The translations under genes and the position numbers were made by a program. DNA of 64,000 bases, taken from NCBI GenBank assembly GCA_000934665.2, contig KZ538402.1, forward strand, positions 1 to 64,000, given 5' to 3'. Within the stretch, counting starts at the first letter, position 1. Each line of letters starts with the position of its first letter. This document shows, piece after piece, positions 35,896-49,617 of the stretch. The stretch comes from Catajapyx aquilonaris (Eukaryota). Below the pieces are notes generated by a model that worked only from the letters and a program-made list of their open reading frames with translations, did not search any database and was not told the origin of the DNA.

Positions 35896-37033
35896 ATGGT
35901 AAGAGATGAGCGCAGAAGTACAGTTAATGCCGGCTTAAACTTTTGCTTCATACGTGATGTTGGTGTGACAATAATTTCAGTCCAACCCCCCTGTGGACGC
36001 CGGAGGAAAGGATAATAAGGTCGACGGGGAGGCCGAAAAGCAAGGTCTGCTGAGGTCAGCCGCTGCCGGACTCACCTCTCATGCCTACACACTCGGTGAG
36101 CATCGCAGCGCACGTAAATTATTATTAAAAAGCTAGCAGTAGAGCCCGTTCTCATAGCACAGCCGTTGCCATGAGACCATTCCATTGTAAGCTGTTGCCA
36201 TGGACACCATTGGAACAAGACAGCTGTTGCTATGGACACTGTACACACGAGACTTGCTATGAAGACTGTTGCCATGAGATTGTAGCCACGAGACTGTTGC
36301 TATGGACACTAGCCATGAGACCACTCCATGGGAAGCTGTTTCCATGGACACAGTTGGCACAAGACCGTTGCTCTGAAACCATTGCTATGAGACCGTTGCT
36401 ATGAGACCGTTGCTATGAAACCTTTGCTATGAGACCGTTGCTATGAAACCTTTGCTATGAAACCTTTGCTATGAGACCGTTGCTATGAAACCTTTGCTAT
36501 GAAACCATTGCTATGAAACCTTTGCTATGAAACCATTGCTATGAGACCGTTGCTATGAAACCATTGCTATGAGACCGTTGCTATGAAACCATTGCTTTGA
36601 AACCATTGCTATGAGACTATTGCTTTGAAACCATTGCTATGAGACTATTGCTTTGAAACCATTGCTATGAGACTATTGCTTTGAAACCATTGCTATGAGA
36701 CTATTGCTTTGAAACCATTGCTATGAGACTATTGCTTTGAAACCATTGCTATGAGACTATTTCTTCCTGCCTCTAAGCTACTACTAAGGCTGTCTACGAT
36801 AATAATTATGAATTTTTTACCAAACAAATTGTTAAGAGGATCGATCGTCAGTGCTGTTCTAATTATGAGGCTGCTGATTGTTTTTTGAAATTTTTCCAGG
36901 CACGAGCGCCCTGTGGCTTGGCGTGGGGACGGTGAAATGGGCAGCTTCCACCACCTACAACGTCGGGACTGGGGTCGTTACTAAAGCGACCGGGATAGTC
37001 AGAAAGTCGCCTGGGAAGGACAAGAGCGACTGA
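35896..37033 (+). CDS. TMEM263: TMEM263 (C12orf23/UPF0444)-like small membrane protein, 83 aa
   Basis: Exons 35896-35898 (ATG|GTAAGA), 35981-36095 and 36900-37033 splice in frame to MSNPPVDAGGKDNKVDGEAEKQGLLRSAAAGLTSHAYTLGTSALWLGVGTVKWAASTTYNVGTGVVTKATGIVRKSPGKDKSD*. The Gly/Val/Thr-rich core and terminal KDKSD match the family as recalled. Confidence 0.8.
36160..36762. repeat. 14-bp tandem array (ACCRTTGCTWTGAR) in TMEM263 intron 2
   Basis: Degenerate GTTGCCATGGACAC-type units grade into homogeneous 14-bp units and 28-bp dimers. Confidence 0.92.
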
Positions 37034-37880
37034 AGGCGATGGCGACACAAGCCGTTATATGAATTCTTTAAGACTGAACCAAGTGCCATATATTATATAA
37101 GTAAAACCATTGTAACGTTGCATTTATACATAGTTGAAACTGGAAAAATAAAAATCTCATTAGTTTGGAACAGATTTTGTAAAATATATTTGTGGGGTCA
37201 AGCGTACATTGGCAGTGACGTAATTGTGTAATTGTAAAGAGTGTAAAACCACAAATTAAATGCACAAACAGGTGGGGGGGCCATTCAATAAGCTCTACCG
37301 GGACAGGCTGCGAATGGCCTTATAATATACCTGTCAATTACATTCAAATGAAAGGTGGGAGTGCAATAAATTGTACAATATCACATACTTCATTGGGAGA
37401 GTGACAGCTAAGGACATAAGTGCAAAGTAAATGTTAAAAAAATGCCGATAAATTTACATAAAGGTCACATTCGTATAGTTTTGTTAAAATTTGAAAATCT
37501 TCACTTGCAAACCAAAGAGGTATCGACGGGATTCCTTTGGTAGTGAGAAGTTTAAAGTGTGTCCAACACTGTCATGTAGGAGCTGCCATCATGCAGAAAA
37601 ATGCAGTAACCACACCACGCAATAAATTGGAGCATCGCTTGCAAGCGGCGCTCCGCCTTATTGCACACAAAAGTCATGCCAACCGACATCTGAATCATGA
37701 TTATAAATACGTCAAAACAGGAACTGGTACAAGTGTCATAAAAAATTAAATACATACTTAGCATGGTTAAAAAATATATATCACATGAAACTTAGCTCCC
37801 AATATGGTTCCAAGTCAGCTGTACATACATGAGGGCCTGCGCCATGGGTATATCAAATGTAAAACTAAATCACGCTATGG

Positions 37881-40800
37881 CTATGTACATGCTTGCTTCT
37901 TTTTCCGACCCTTTATTTGAGGCAGGGCAACGATGTTTCCGCTCGTTGAAGTTCTGAGAGGACTTGGCGGTGTCGGGTCGGGCGTTACGGGCATGTTGAA
38001 AGTGGAGTTCTCAACTTGCGACGAGCTGTCGGCGATTCCGCCACCGCTTTTCCTCTTCCGGTTCTTCCTGATTGTGCTCTGCTGCTGCGAGGGCGCTTCG
38101 TACTCGCTAAGCTCATGGTGGTGACGCTTGGTGCTCAGCATCGTCAACTCAACCGGAGCCATGGGCTTGGACTGAGTTATCTCCAGGTTGTACGTGTTGG
38201 CCTGCAATGTTACTTGTCAGTACAAGAAGTTTTTAAAAATCTACGCAAGAACTCACCAGCTGCAGTATGGACAGAAAGTACCGATGCACTTCCGTCTTTG
38301 GCTCCTCCGCTTTCTTCCGCCTCCTCCGATTCTCCACCTTCCTGTCGTCTGCCTTCTCAGGCATGGGTAGTACATCCTCGAAAGTCAGCGTCACCTTGGC
38401 CCCCGAGTCGGGAAACCCATCGAGGATTTTCGTCCCGTACTCGTGTATGTCAAAGTCTGGACGGCCTTCAAGCACCTCCAGCATCGGCTGCAGCTTCGAG
38501 TGCCACGCGGACACTCTCTTGGCCACTTCGGTCGGCTGCATGTGACTCTGTGCGGCTGACGTGTATTCTTGCACCTTCCCCTTGATCAGCTGATGGTAGG
38601 ACTCATCGACTGACAGGCCATCATCCGCACTCTCATCCTGGCTGCATTGTGAAGCCTCATCTGAAAGAAACAGCATGAGCAGTCTGTACAGATTTAACTC
38701 TACAACGCCGGGTAACAAACATACCGTTCTCGACATTTTCAGGAGGCGTATCCTCCAGTGGCGGCAAGTCGAAGAATTCGCCAGCGTCGTCATCTCCGCC
38801 GTTGTCTTCTTCACCCTCTGGAGGGTCTGGCTCGTTCACTTGTGTCACGACGTCTTCCGGCTGCGGCCAGTCGGCTACCTGCTCCTCCTCTCTTACACCC
38901 CGCTCCTTTTGGTACTGAGCCTGAAAGATGACTGCGTATGGCTGCGGAGGCGGGATGATCTTGTGGCAAATGTACTCCGTCACTGTCTCGTCACCAGATG
39001 GCTTTTTCGACTGTGAAGAATAGAGAATGTAAGCAGAACGTAGCGAGAATTTGCAGGATGTATTGTTTCTCACCTTCCCTGTTTTTTTCGTTCTTCTAGC
39101 CGCCAAAGGTTTCCCCTTTGTAGATCCTGGCCTCGTGAAATCCGGGGTGTCCATCTCCCACAATTCCGCCTTCGCCTTTCCTTTATCCTTACCGCTGGCT
39201 TCCTTCACAGCTTCCGCTCCGACCTTGATCTCGTCCGCAACGTCCTTGGCCACCGCATTTTCCACAGGTCCCTCAGGCTCAGCACCATCTTGCCTTTCGG
39301 GATTCTCACCATCAGTGTTTTCCTCTCCCCGAAAGTCAGGTACTTTTTCCGGCACTGCTTCCTGCGCAACGTCGGCATCCGGAGCTTCAGGAGTAATGGA
39401 GAACATATCGGGCCCTCGATGGTCAACATCGCCGTCACTCTGGCTGCCTCCATCATCATGGAAATCGTCACCAGCGTCCACTGGCGGATCTTCATTCATG
39501 TCGCCATGATATGAAGCCGCTGGTTTTGGCCATGAACAGACAGAAGAGCATTCAATTACTTCACATATCAGGCGATCGTTAAGAAATTATTTAATTATGA
39601 CATAATTTGGATTTTTTTTGGTGCTAATTTGCTATCACAATCAGAGCTGAAAATAATCCTTCGTTCGCACTGAGATTTGGCAACCCACAATTGGTACATA
39701 CAATAATACATTACCTTCGCTGTTTACTGTGATATCCAAGGGGAATTCCTCCGGGACTGGCCCACAAAACACCTTCCGTCCTCTGCCGGCTGGATGATTC
39801 AGGAGCAGAGAGTGTGTGCTGGAGTCCAAAATGGAGTTCATCCTTTAAGAAAAAGATATTCTCATTTTATGTAGTCTTCGTACAGCAAACCTGAAACTAA
39901 CGGAAGCATCGAGATGCAGCATTGCTTGTAAACGTAATGTTAACATTCGTACAAGTATTGATAAGACGAAAGCTAGAATCAACAAGAGTGAAAAAATCAA
40001 CATGTAATACAATAGTTCACTGGAATCGGTTCATACCAAAACTCTGCCTTGAACCCTATCGGATCTCCATGTCGGCCAAAGAGATTCACTTTCATCTTTT
40101 TTGTCCCTTGTTCTTTTTCTTCAGCCTCGATGGGAATCTCCGTGAGAAAATTGACCGTCTTCTTCTTCTCAACCTGGTCGTCCTTGCGAGTTATGCTTAA
40201 CTTCTTTGTCGAAACTGGAAAAAATTTCAAATCGGTACTTGTTAACTGCGACACATGTCAAGATGTAACCTTCATTAAATGGGGGGATTCGCTTAGGAAA
40301 GTACAACACTAACTCATCACCTCACTGGAGAAAAATATTCATTTGCAACAAAGGAACAATTTTTTGTTGCTTGTATCACTTGCGCCACTAACTAACTGCA
40401 ATGTACGTACATATTATCGCACCTCATTGCAAGTAGTTGTTTAGTCATCTGTAACATTCCTAGGCTTCGGTGCATTTTAGCCCACAACGAAAATCAATGG
40501 TTTCTAAATATGTCATCATGAATCTACTCGACAAGTTGTGTCGAATCACACTATTGGCAGAGTGCTTCGTTCAAAGAGTTATCTGAATTTTGACATTGTA
40601 ATTAATATATTGAAACAAATTAAAATAAATCTAAGCAGTCCTTTGTTGAGACTGTTGGCTCCTTTCATTGCACGAGGGATTCTCCATGGCAACATGTCGG
40701 GAGGGATGCTAAAATTATGATAAATAAAGAGTGATTCTTGGTTCTTTGGTTAGAATGAAAGTGTTTTCGCAGCAGGCATTTCTTTCCCGTTGGTGTCATC

Positions 40801-41575
40801 TATGAAGTGTTGGAGTGACTCAATCTTTGAGATGTGTGCGGCACTAACAATGTGAGATGTACGACATCCAACTGGACACGTGTAAGCTGCAATCAGACTC
40901 TGTGAAACTGTTCAAAGCTTTCGCACACTAATATAATTATGATTTGTGGAATTCTTGAGTTCGGCTTGATACTACCGATTAGGAAACAGACCAAAGAACT
41001 GTAAGCTGCAGTAACGTACACAGCCAGTAAATTAAAATGGAGTAAACTTCCTGCAACAGTTAATAAGCCAATGTAAAACAGACTCAAATGAAGAAGCTCA
41101 CTTTTTGAAAGGATGTCAATTTTATGCAGCTCAGTGCCATCATCGCCATCGATTACTCTCTTGCTTTTCTTCCCTCCTCCTCCTCCGCCTTCTTTCTCTT
41201 TACTGGCACCAGCATGTAGGTTCCTGCTTGCCAGAAGGTCCAGCACCTGCTTGGCCAGGTTGCATAGGAAATCCACCTTGCGTCCATACACATGCACAGA
41301 CGCCTGTACCAAAAGAGCTGCCTCCGCAAAGTTCATGGTGCCCTGGCCATCTTGGTACACTATGTCCTTGTCCGTTATCATATGTATGTATGTTTCTAAT
41401 ATCTGCATTTCAAAATAAACAGACGTTAAATTAAAATGAATCGGTGGCATACAAGCAATACGAGGTGAAATAAGTTAGCGCTTACATGGGCAACATCAAT
41501 GTCCCAATTCTTCGTGAGGTCACGCACTGGATTGAGCAGCTCTGCAAACCGCTTGTCTGTCAATTCCTGCGACAT
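37881..41575 (-). CDS. NCAPH2: Condensin-2 complex subunit H2 (kleisin beta), ~717 aa
   Basis: Exons 41575-41486, 41402-41102, 40214-40037, 39842-39715, 39519-39074, 39010-38725, 38660-38257 and 38201-37881 give 2154 nt. Motifs: RFAELLNPVRDLTKNWDIDVA, MNFAEAALLVQASVHVYGRKVDFL, FDIHEYG, EVHRYFLSILQLANTYNLEI. Confidence 0.93.
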
Positions 41576-41782
41576 TTCGAGCACCTATTATCTGAAAAGA
41601 CATTTAAAAAATGGACTTGAATTGAATTTAACAGATTCAAACTTGAATCAAAATTTGAATTATTAATGCTAGGTTACCATAAAAGCATGGGCATTATCAT
41701 TATCATGAATCAATGCTCCTGAAGATATCGTCAAAATTGTGCACCCGATTTTGAGTTACATTCCCTTCCGGATTTCCAATAA

Positions 41783-41937
41783 CGCTGCGTTTACATATGT
41801 GAGCGATTTGATGAGCGAAGTCCTTGCTGAGCGGCAACATCGCTGAGTAACCCGAGTAACCAGTGTACTGGTTACTCAGCGATGTTATCGCTCGGCGAAG
41901 ACTTCGCTCGTCAAATCACTCACATGTAAACGCGGCT
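41783..41937. mobile_element. PIF/Harbinger (Tourist-like) MITE, almost wholly palindromic
   Basis: GCTGCGTTTACAT...GCTGAGTAACC / GGTTACTCAGC...ATGTAAACGCGGC, ~70-bp arms with TAA/TTA-type flanks. Confidence 0.75.
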
Positions 41938-43482
41938 TAGAGTTCACAGTTTGGATATTTTTACATTGTTAACAGTGCTGCAGGGTTTACTTTCTTTTTC
42001 CTGTACCGGTATATGAAAAAAAATATGTCTGACGGTGACCAGTGTCGACTAGCTTTTGTACGAGTTCGCAGAGTATTATATGTGTTGTGTCCCCTCCCTG
42101 TTTCGTGGCCTCATTTGCCTTGCATCCCGGAATAGACCATATAAAATATTGAACAATGCACAATTTCTGCTCCGATAAAAGCGAGACTGATAAGCTATGC
42201 TCCACTTCCACGTAATGATATGCATTTTCTTAACAACATTTAAGTGCATACCGGCAGTCCCCAATCCATTGTCTTATTGTCCCATACCCCCAATTACACT
42301 CGTATGAAGACTCCAGTTGCCATGTAATGCCTAACGATAATTTCACGGGCACCTTGAAGAGTGTAAACAAACCAATTTTTGTGCGGCGGCCTGTCACATG
42401 GAAGTACCAGATAACGAAAGATTCTGCGGAATTGGTTATGACAGCTACGGGCTCTCTGTGATATCAAAATTCAGGAAAGGGGCAAAGGTCAAGGTCACCA
42501 CCAACCACGGCCTTGACCATATTTACAAGAGATAAAATTTAATTACCAGAATAAAACGATCATTTGTGTCGTAAAAAACATTGCATCGGGATTTTAGACT
42601 GGGTTGAGCAAGATGTACGCTCGTAACTAGTTACCGTACGGATAGTTTTCAGTCCAAGTTGATCCCTTATAAATTAAAATTAGGCGGAAACATGGATTAT
42701 TATTAATCCCTTAGTAACCCCTTATAAAATCATTAATTTCAAGTGCATTGCAGATTTAATTAGGTATGGACGTCCCTTTTTTTTGTACAATACTATAAGA
42801 ATAATTACATTATAAATTATTACGGGCAATCAATCCTGGAAGGGTGTACTTTTTCGGACATCTCGCATAAAACATGCTCCTTAATAATAAATGTTGCCCT
42901 CTATTGCGTACTGACAAAAATGTGTGCATTGCTGCCTCTGGGTGCAGCAATCCCCCCCTCATTATTTACAATCACATCATAGAGATCATACTCCCAATTA
43001 TTTACAGTTGTTACATCACACTCTGTACACTACCAATAATTATGCACCAAAATTGAGCCAAAGATGACAATAGCAGGGGTTGTCATTGACCTGTCGTGTC
43101 TCCTTGGATGTCCTGAGGTGGGGGGCAGGACCCGAGGCAGAGTCCAGGGGCGGCCCTTGAGGGAGGGGGGGCTGGAAGGGAGCCAAAGTCAAAACTTGTC
43201 CAAACGAAAAGTAACGGCCATTTTTGACCTGACAGATGTCGCCCCAATCGCGCGGGAAACGAATCCGATCAATCAATTAACAGCCAGCCAAGCACCAAAC
43301 TTAATCTCATTTAAAAACAGACCCTGTTGTGTAATTATGGTTGATTTAAAACGCGTATGTACATTAATTGTTGTGACGTCAGAGGGTCGATGGCGGTTTT
43401 TGTACCTTGTTGTTGGCGGGAAATGGAAAGCGCCCGTTTTGAAACACTATAACAGCCGTTTGTAAGTACAATCGACTAATCG

Positions 43483-44290
43483 AGTACTGTACAGTAAGTA
43501 TTAAGTTGGCCATCACGTCATACTGCTTGCGACATTTTCTGATGCGGCAGAAGTGCAAATCGAAGTGTGATCCGTGGAAGTAAGAAGAGGTAGGCATTGA
43601 GTGACGTCACAGGATGGAAGGCAATGGAGAAAAGGCTTGTTCCCCCAGCCAGTGACGTCATCCAATGGCTACCATTTCTTACTCGCATGGATCACACTTC
43701 GATTTGCACGTCTGCCGCTTCGGAAACTGTCGCTAGCAGTATTACGGAATGTGGACGGAATTGACTGTTGTACAAGAAAGTTTACGGTGAAGACAGGGAG
43801 CATTAGGCGCAAACATTCGATTTCCGCGTCTCTCTGGGCGTTGTCAAGGCTGGGAGCCATTTTGAAGTGGGGGCAACGCCAACGAGGTATAAATAGGGTA
43901 CAGGCAAAAATTGGGTCCGCCATCTTTGATGGTTTTGACTGCCATGGCAACTCATCCACGGCAAGAACACGCGCGAATCAAAGATGGCGGATCCTATTTT
44001 TGCCTGTACCCTATTTATGCCTCGTTGGCGTTGCCCCCACTTCAAAATGGCCGCCAGCCTTGGCAACGACCCCAAACAGAGAGACGCGGAGATCAATGGC
44101 CCGCTGACCGAAGTTTGCGCCTCTTATGTACCATGCTCCCTGGTGGAGATATCAATGCACATAAGGAGAGATGTGCTGGGTGCGTTCGGCAGATTTCCGT
44201 TGACCAGGAGTTTGTAAACAAAACGATGACGTCAGTGGCAAGTTAGGGTGGGCTGCCTGTATGACGTCATAATGCTGATATGTACAGTAC
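43483..44290. repeat. Large palindrome: 75-bp near-perfect inner arms, degenerate outer arms
   Basis: 43856-43930 vs 43977-44051 pair at 72/75 positions. Outer symmetric blocks lie at 43795/44140, 43648/44238, 43595/44275 and 43483/44290. Confidence 0.85.
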
Positions 44291-46130
44291 TGTATGAATA
44301 AAATAATTCATTTCCATTCATTTTTTTCATTGGATGTGAGTACATTCCCTGTCCGCTGTTGGTCGCCTCTGCCTTTAATTCCTGGCCAGTGGCGCCTTCT
44401 GCCGACGGCCAGCAGCACCACTCTATTGATGCCATCCCTCCTTCTCCTGGGGCGGGCCCAGTGTTACCAGATGTACCATAATTATGGTATTCATACCATA
44501 ATTTCGGGTTCCGTACCATGTACCATAATGGTACGCAAAAAGTACCATTATTTTGTCAAGTCCAATGTTACTCTGCAATTCCACTTCCATGAAAAGCGTG
44601 ATACCAATTTAACCACATATACACCTATTCAAATCTCCCAGTAGGTTACATTCACCAAAACTTGTGTGACCTTGAACCAAAAGAAAATTTTCGCCTGCGG
44701 CGNGGGAAGGGTGTACCTATTTTTAGATGTACAAATCAGAGCCAGATGGACCCCTGACCCTTTACATTACTTCCGGGGGGGTCATGCGATTTGGGGGTAC
44801 GTGATGTGCAATGAGGTCGTTTAACGGTACAATAATTTGTTAGTGAGGATTGGGTTAAGGTCTGGTACGCACATGTTTGCACTATTACAAGTGCAACCAA
44901 TTTTGACGATTTTCGCATAGATTGAATCAGTGCTTTGGTGACGTACGAGTGGCAATTGCTCATTACAGAGCGTGAGGGTGTCACGCGTGGAACTCTTTTT
45001 ATCTATTTTGAAGGACATGTATGGAGCGAGTCGCATGCAAATGAAGGGGTCCCAACTGGTAACATGAAGTCATATGAAGTTTTTGAGCTTGTTTTCTAGC
45101 CATCACCATGAACCGTTTTCTCTCCAAGGACCTCCATGGGAAAAAGAAGGGGGGGAGAGGAAATCAAGGTCGAAGGACTTTTGGGCCATTTACAGGGTGG
45201 TACATTGACCACAGTTCATTTTGTTTGCATCCAGCAACCGGTTTTTGGACCGAAGCAACTCGCATTTTTCGGCCCCGTTGCTAGGGTGAACAATCTGTTA
45301 CTGGGGCAGTGCACCACCCTGTACAACATCCCCTTTCTGAAGTCCCAGGCTTTTTCTCCCCATTCAAGATGAAATAGGGTGGATGGGCTCTAGAGAGGGA
45401 GAGGACAAAACCTTAGTTTACATTTCTTTCTTTTTTTCCCCCAAGAGAAGTTGAGGGGTTACTTTTGGGATATTTGTGGGATGCTGCGAATGACATCAAG
45501 GGATTATCGATCTGGACCTTTTTTTATATAAAGGTGATTGATAGCCAGGCGGATAACCTTTTAACACTGAGGCACACATCAGCTTGAGGTGTAGATAAAG
45601 CTATCTTCCAAACAGAAATGACGAAAAACTATAGTCATAATGCCTATTATTGGGAATGAAATCAGTGGATGGCGCACGCTGCTTCTTACCTGAAATCCGC
45701 GGTACGACATGACGGAATTGTTTAAAAACGTATCCAGTTTTCAACACGGTTTACTTGCATCATACTGAAGGTATCAAAATGGTCAGTCGAGTTCACTATT
45801 TTTAACCCGGTTTACACCCCCCGGTTTTAGATCACGACCTTGAAAAAAAATAGAGAAAAAACCCACACGGAAGTTCGCATATTTTGTTCTTTTTTTTCTT
45901 GAATGAAAATAGCATTGTTTGTCCTTCCGGTTTTGACTTTCGCGTCCATTTTCGACTCACGAAGCTCGCGCCATTTTCATGTACGGGAAAACTGAATTAG
46001 TCATTCTCTCTCTCTCTGGAGAGAGAAAATGGTATATCCAACAACCCCCATGGTTGGTGGGGAGAAAGGTTAGCCGGGTGGACTCACGCACAGGAAGTGC
46101 ATTTGTCGGAAGTATATACAAAAAAGTGTG

Positions 46131-46166
46131 NNNNNNNNNNNNNNNNNNNNNNNNNNNNNNNNNNNN
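46131..46166. other. Assembly gap (N run)
   Basis: Ns in sequence. Confidence 1.
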
Positions 46167-49100
46167 ATAAGTGCAAACATAACGTACCGTTATGTATTTT
46201 TCCGCGGAATCAAAACCGCGATTTTGGTTGTTTCCGTACGATAAAAAAAAAAGTGGGTGTCGCCTTCATATGCAATAACTGTTTTGCATTTTGCATGCGA
46301 ATAAGTGGGGCTGGATGCGACGTGTTTACGGTGTGTTGATGTGCAAAAATTGATCACGCGCTAATCGCCAGTTGATTAACATGCAATAATTTTTTTTTTG
46401 AGGGGGCCGCATGTTTCCATAATTGGTGGGGTTGTGCCAATATATCGGACAATATCTCGTGTATTTATATTTTAATGTACTAGAAAAACCCTCTCATTTT
46501 TCTATATAGGGCGAGGGCTAGAAAGTCACTATTTTTCTAGTCCTGCGGCATGCGGTGGTGGAGGCCATATTGTTAATCGCGGTGACGGCCAGAAAGGCTT
46601 GCACAAACTACGATTTTAATATTATAGATGTTTGTCGTTTTTACAAGGAAATATTTACAGATTGGGAGAAGGACTGTCTTTTTTTTTAAATCCTTAAAAA
46701 ACAAACAGGAGCCTGTCACTCTTAACACATGTCTATTTTCTTGGGGGTAAATAACAGTTTGTGCGATCGGGATTCGTGGACACGTGCCGACGTCCCATTA
46801 ATTCGAAGGTGGCTTGGAGCATACACATTTTTGTGACCCNGACCCCCCCCCCCCCCCTACTTCCTGCGTGGGGCATACCTGCTGTACCGTCGTGGCTCGA
46901 AGTGTTTATTTGTCCATTGCCAATCCTGCTCCGAAAATGGCGGTTACGGCGGTTATTTTTGGGAGATCGGAGGAAATAAGGGGGGCCGTGAGAGTGGACC
47001 CGGCTCAGAAAATGTTTCGAGAGAGCTTTAAGTACCAGGCCATCTATATAATCCGATAGATTGGTCGCGTGAGGATGAATTTAACACTTGTCATCAAAGC
47101 AGTGAGGGCTCGTTGTAACGTCTATTTTCATGGAACTATGTACCATGTCTTTACGGGTGTTATTGTGTTGGATATGGAAATTGTTAGAAGCGAAAGCAGT
47201 GTTGGGTTGGTGCCAATTTCGCCGAAGACGTAATCCGACCACATGGCTTTTGCACACATGTAGTACAGGTTGAGTCTGCAGCCTACATTTAAGGAGATTG
47301 TTGCAAGACTGGCCGGCGCACGTTTGTTTTCTTAATGCTTAAAGTAATGCGACCCACTTGCTATAATAGGATAACAAGTGGATGTGTATATCGTGTCGGC
47401 AAGTATGATTTGGTTGTGCAGTTAGTGAAGTTATACAATTACATGGTAGTATCGACCAGACTGTTCGCATGTGCAAGCATTCTGTTTTAATATGAAAATT
47501 ATGTCCCCCCAAAAAAGGGTTATTCCATCGCAAGGGGTTACATAATAAATAATTAATAAATAAATAAAAATATGAAAATTATGTAGCAGTTATACTAGCT
47601 AATGTAAAACTACAATAGTATCTCTCAAATAAATTTTGATATATTTAACACAACAGAGGCGAGTATAAGTTGGGTAAGAAAATATACTACAGTGTCGTGT
47701 AGCTATCCTATTATGTACACCTGTGGTAACATTATGGCAAGAAATAGTCCCACATAAAATGTAAAATTCACTCTGCAATACCGTATGCTGCATGTAATAT
47801 GAAGGCTGCAGTATTTCATTTCCCACATGCATTTTTATATGGGAAAGGTTCTGTGCGTAGGTACGGAAGAAAAAAAAAAATGCGAACCCTTTTTTTTATT
47901 ATTTCGTAATATCTGTGCAGACACATTCGAGGCAAAATGGTAGAAATATTATTACTATACAGTATCAGCTATGTGCAGTTGAAGGACTCAACTTTTTCAG
48001 CCTTCCATGCACCTGAGCAGTTATTGCTCAGCCATTTCGGGTTCCTTATAGTTAGGACCGAAAAAAATTGAATTGCAAAATCAGAGGGGAATATATTATA
48101 TCTTGTGACAAGAAGCGGCAACGCCTTTTCTTTTTCCATATACATAGGAGTGCCTGAAGCTAAGCGAAATCACCAGTGCCCAGCTAATAGGCACTAAAAA
48201 GGCCTCTCATCGGGCAGGAAGTCTGAATAATTCATATACGAAAAAAAAAGATTGAGGAAAAAAAAAAGGTGCAGTTCACATTGCACAACATGTGGACCAG
48301 GTGAGTAATTCCATGAGACAAGAAACCGCGTGACTAAAATTCGCGGGAAGTGTGTCCCTCTACGTGTCTTCCCAGAATAAAGTACTGTGTGCGAAAATTC
48401 CTAGGATGACACAAGACAAGGTCAGGAACCAACGTGACGATGACATCCAGTGACATTAATTTCCCCCCCCTCCCCCCACCCNCCCCCCCATCCTATATCC
48501 TGACCCAACTGTTTATTTATAACATGACTTCCCAACAATCACATGGCTTTAAAAATTTTCGCACAGAGGGTGCAGCATTCCTAAAGTAGCAAGACCTGTA
48601 ATTCTAGGGTTGGCGATGGCCAGTGTTTTGTGCGTGTGCCTCCTTAATTATTTTGGAAACTAGCCTGGAGGAGGGGACATTGGGTTTTCTGGCCACTTTT
48701 GTTAAGGTTCATGGACCTCTGTTGGGCCGCATGTCGAGCAAAAGCCAGAATAAAAACCATCATTGTTCAGAGCACGCAAACCTCTCTCACAGTGCTTTTT
48801 TTTTTTGCACCATATTGTCATTAGAGGTTATGCAACTTGCTTACTGGGCGGGGTCCTCCCATTTTTAAATGTAAAAAAACAGTGCTTATTACTATCATTA
48901 CGTAAATAAGGTGCGTATATTCTGCTAGTGGTGCAACCCTACGAAATTGCTAATTGTAGCCTTATGGAATTAACAATTATTGGTGTTTCCTATTTGCATA
49001 TTAACAAAAATTACTATTTGCAAACTATCATGGCAAGTACAGTACTTGTCGCATTCTCCACCTAATTGGACAGCATTTAGTCCAGGCCATTGACCACCCT

Positions 49101-49617
49101 CTCTTGATATGATCTGATTAAGCCGACTAGTTGCCCGACTAATGATTTTAAGAGCCCAGTGACCCTGTACTGTATATACGACCAGAAAAAAAAAAACAAC
49201 CTAAGGACGACAGGAAGCCCAGAATCTGACACGATGTCGAAAATAAAATGGGACGCAGAATGATCTATTTTTAAGCCAACTGTCGCGATACAATTTTGTC
49301 GCCTGGATGGGCCCGTCATATATTTTTTTTTCCTTATAATATTCCTTCAAAAAAATAAAAAAATAGTGGGGATGCCCCCCGAACTATTCTTAATTAAATT
49401 CCTGGCGCGTCTTATGAGCATGGGGCAGTCCTGAAGGTTCTTGGCATCGGAATAAGGGGCGACGGTAGTCTGTGAGAAGCCATCATGGCAGTGAGAGAAG
49501 AGGGGGAAAAAAAAGAGAGCACAGGAGAGTCCGGGTCGATATTCGGAGAAGTCAACAAGGGCGTGGTTAATATCCCAGGTTACTAGCATTTCACTTTGTA
49601 AAAAAAAAGTACATATT

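Noticed and set aside
44459..45066. hAT-type MITE bounded by CAGTGTTACCAGATG / CAACTGGTAACATG
   Set aside because: The TIR match is imperfect and no 8-bp target-site duplication is visible.
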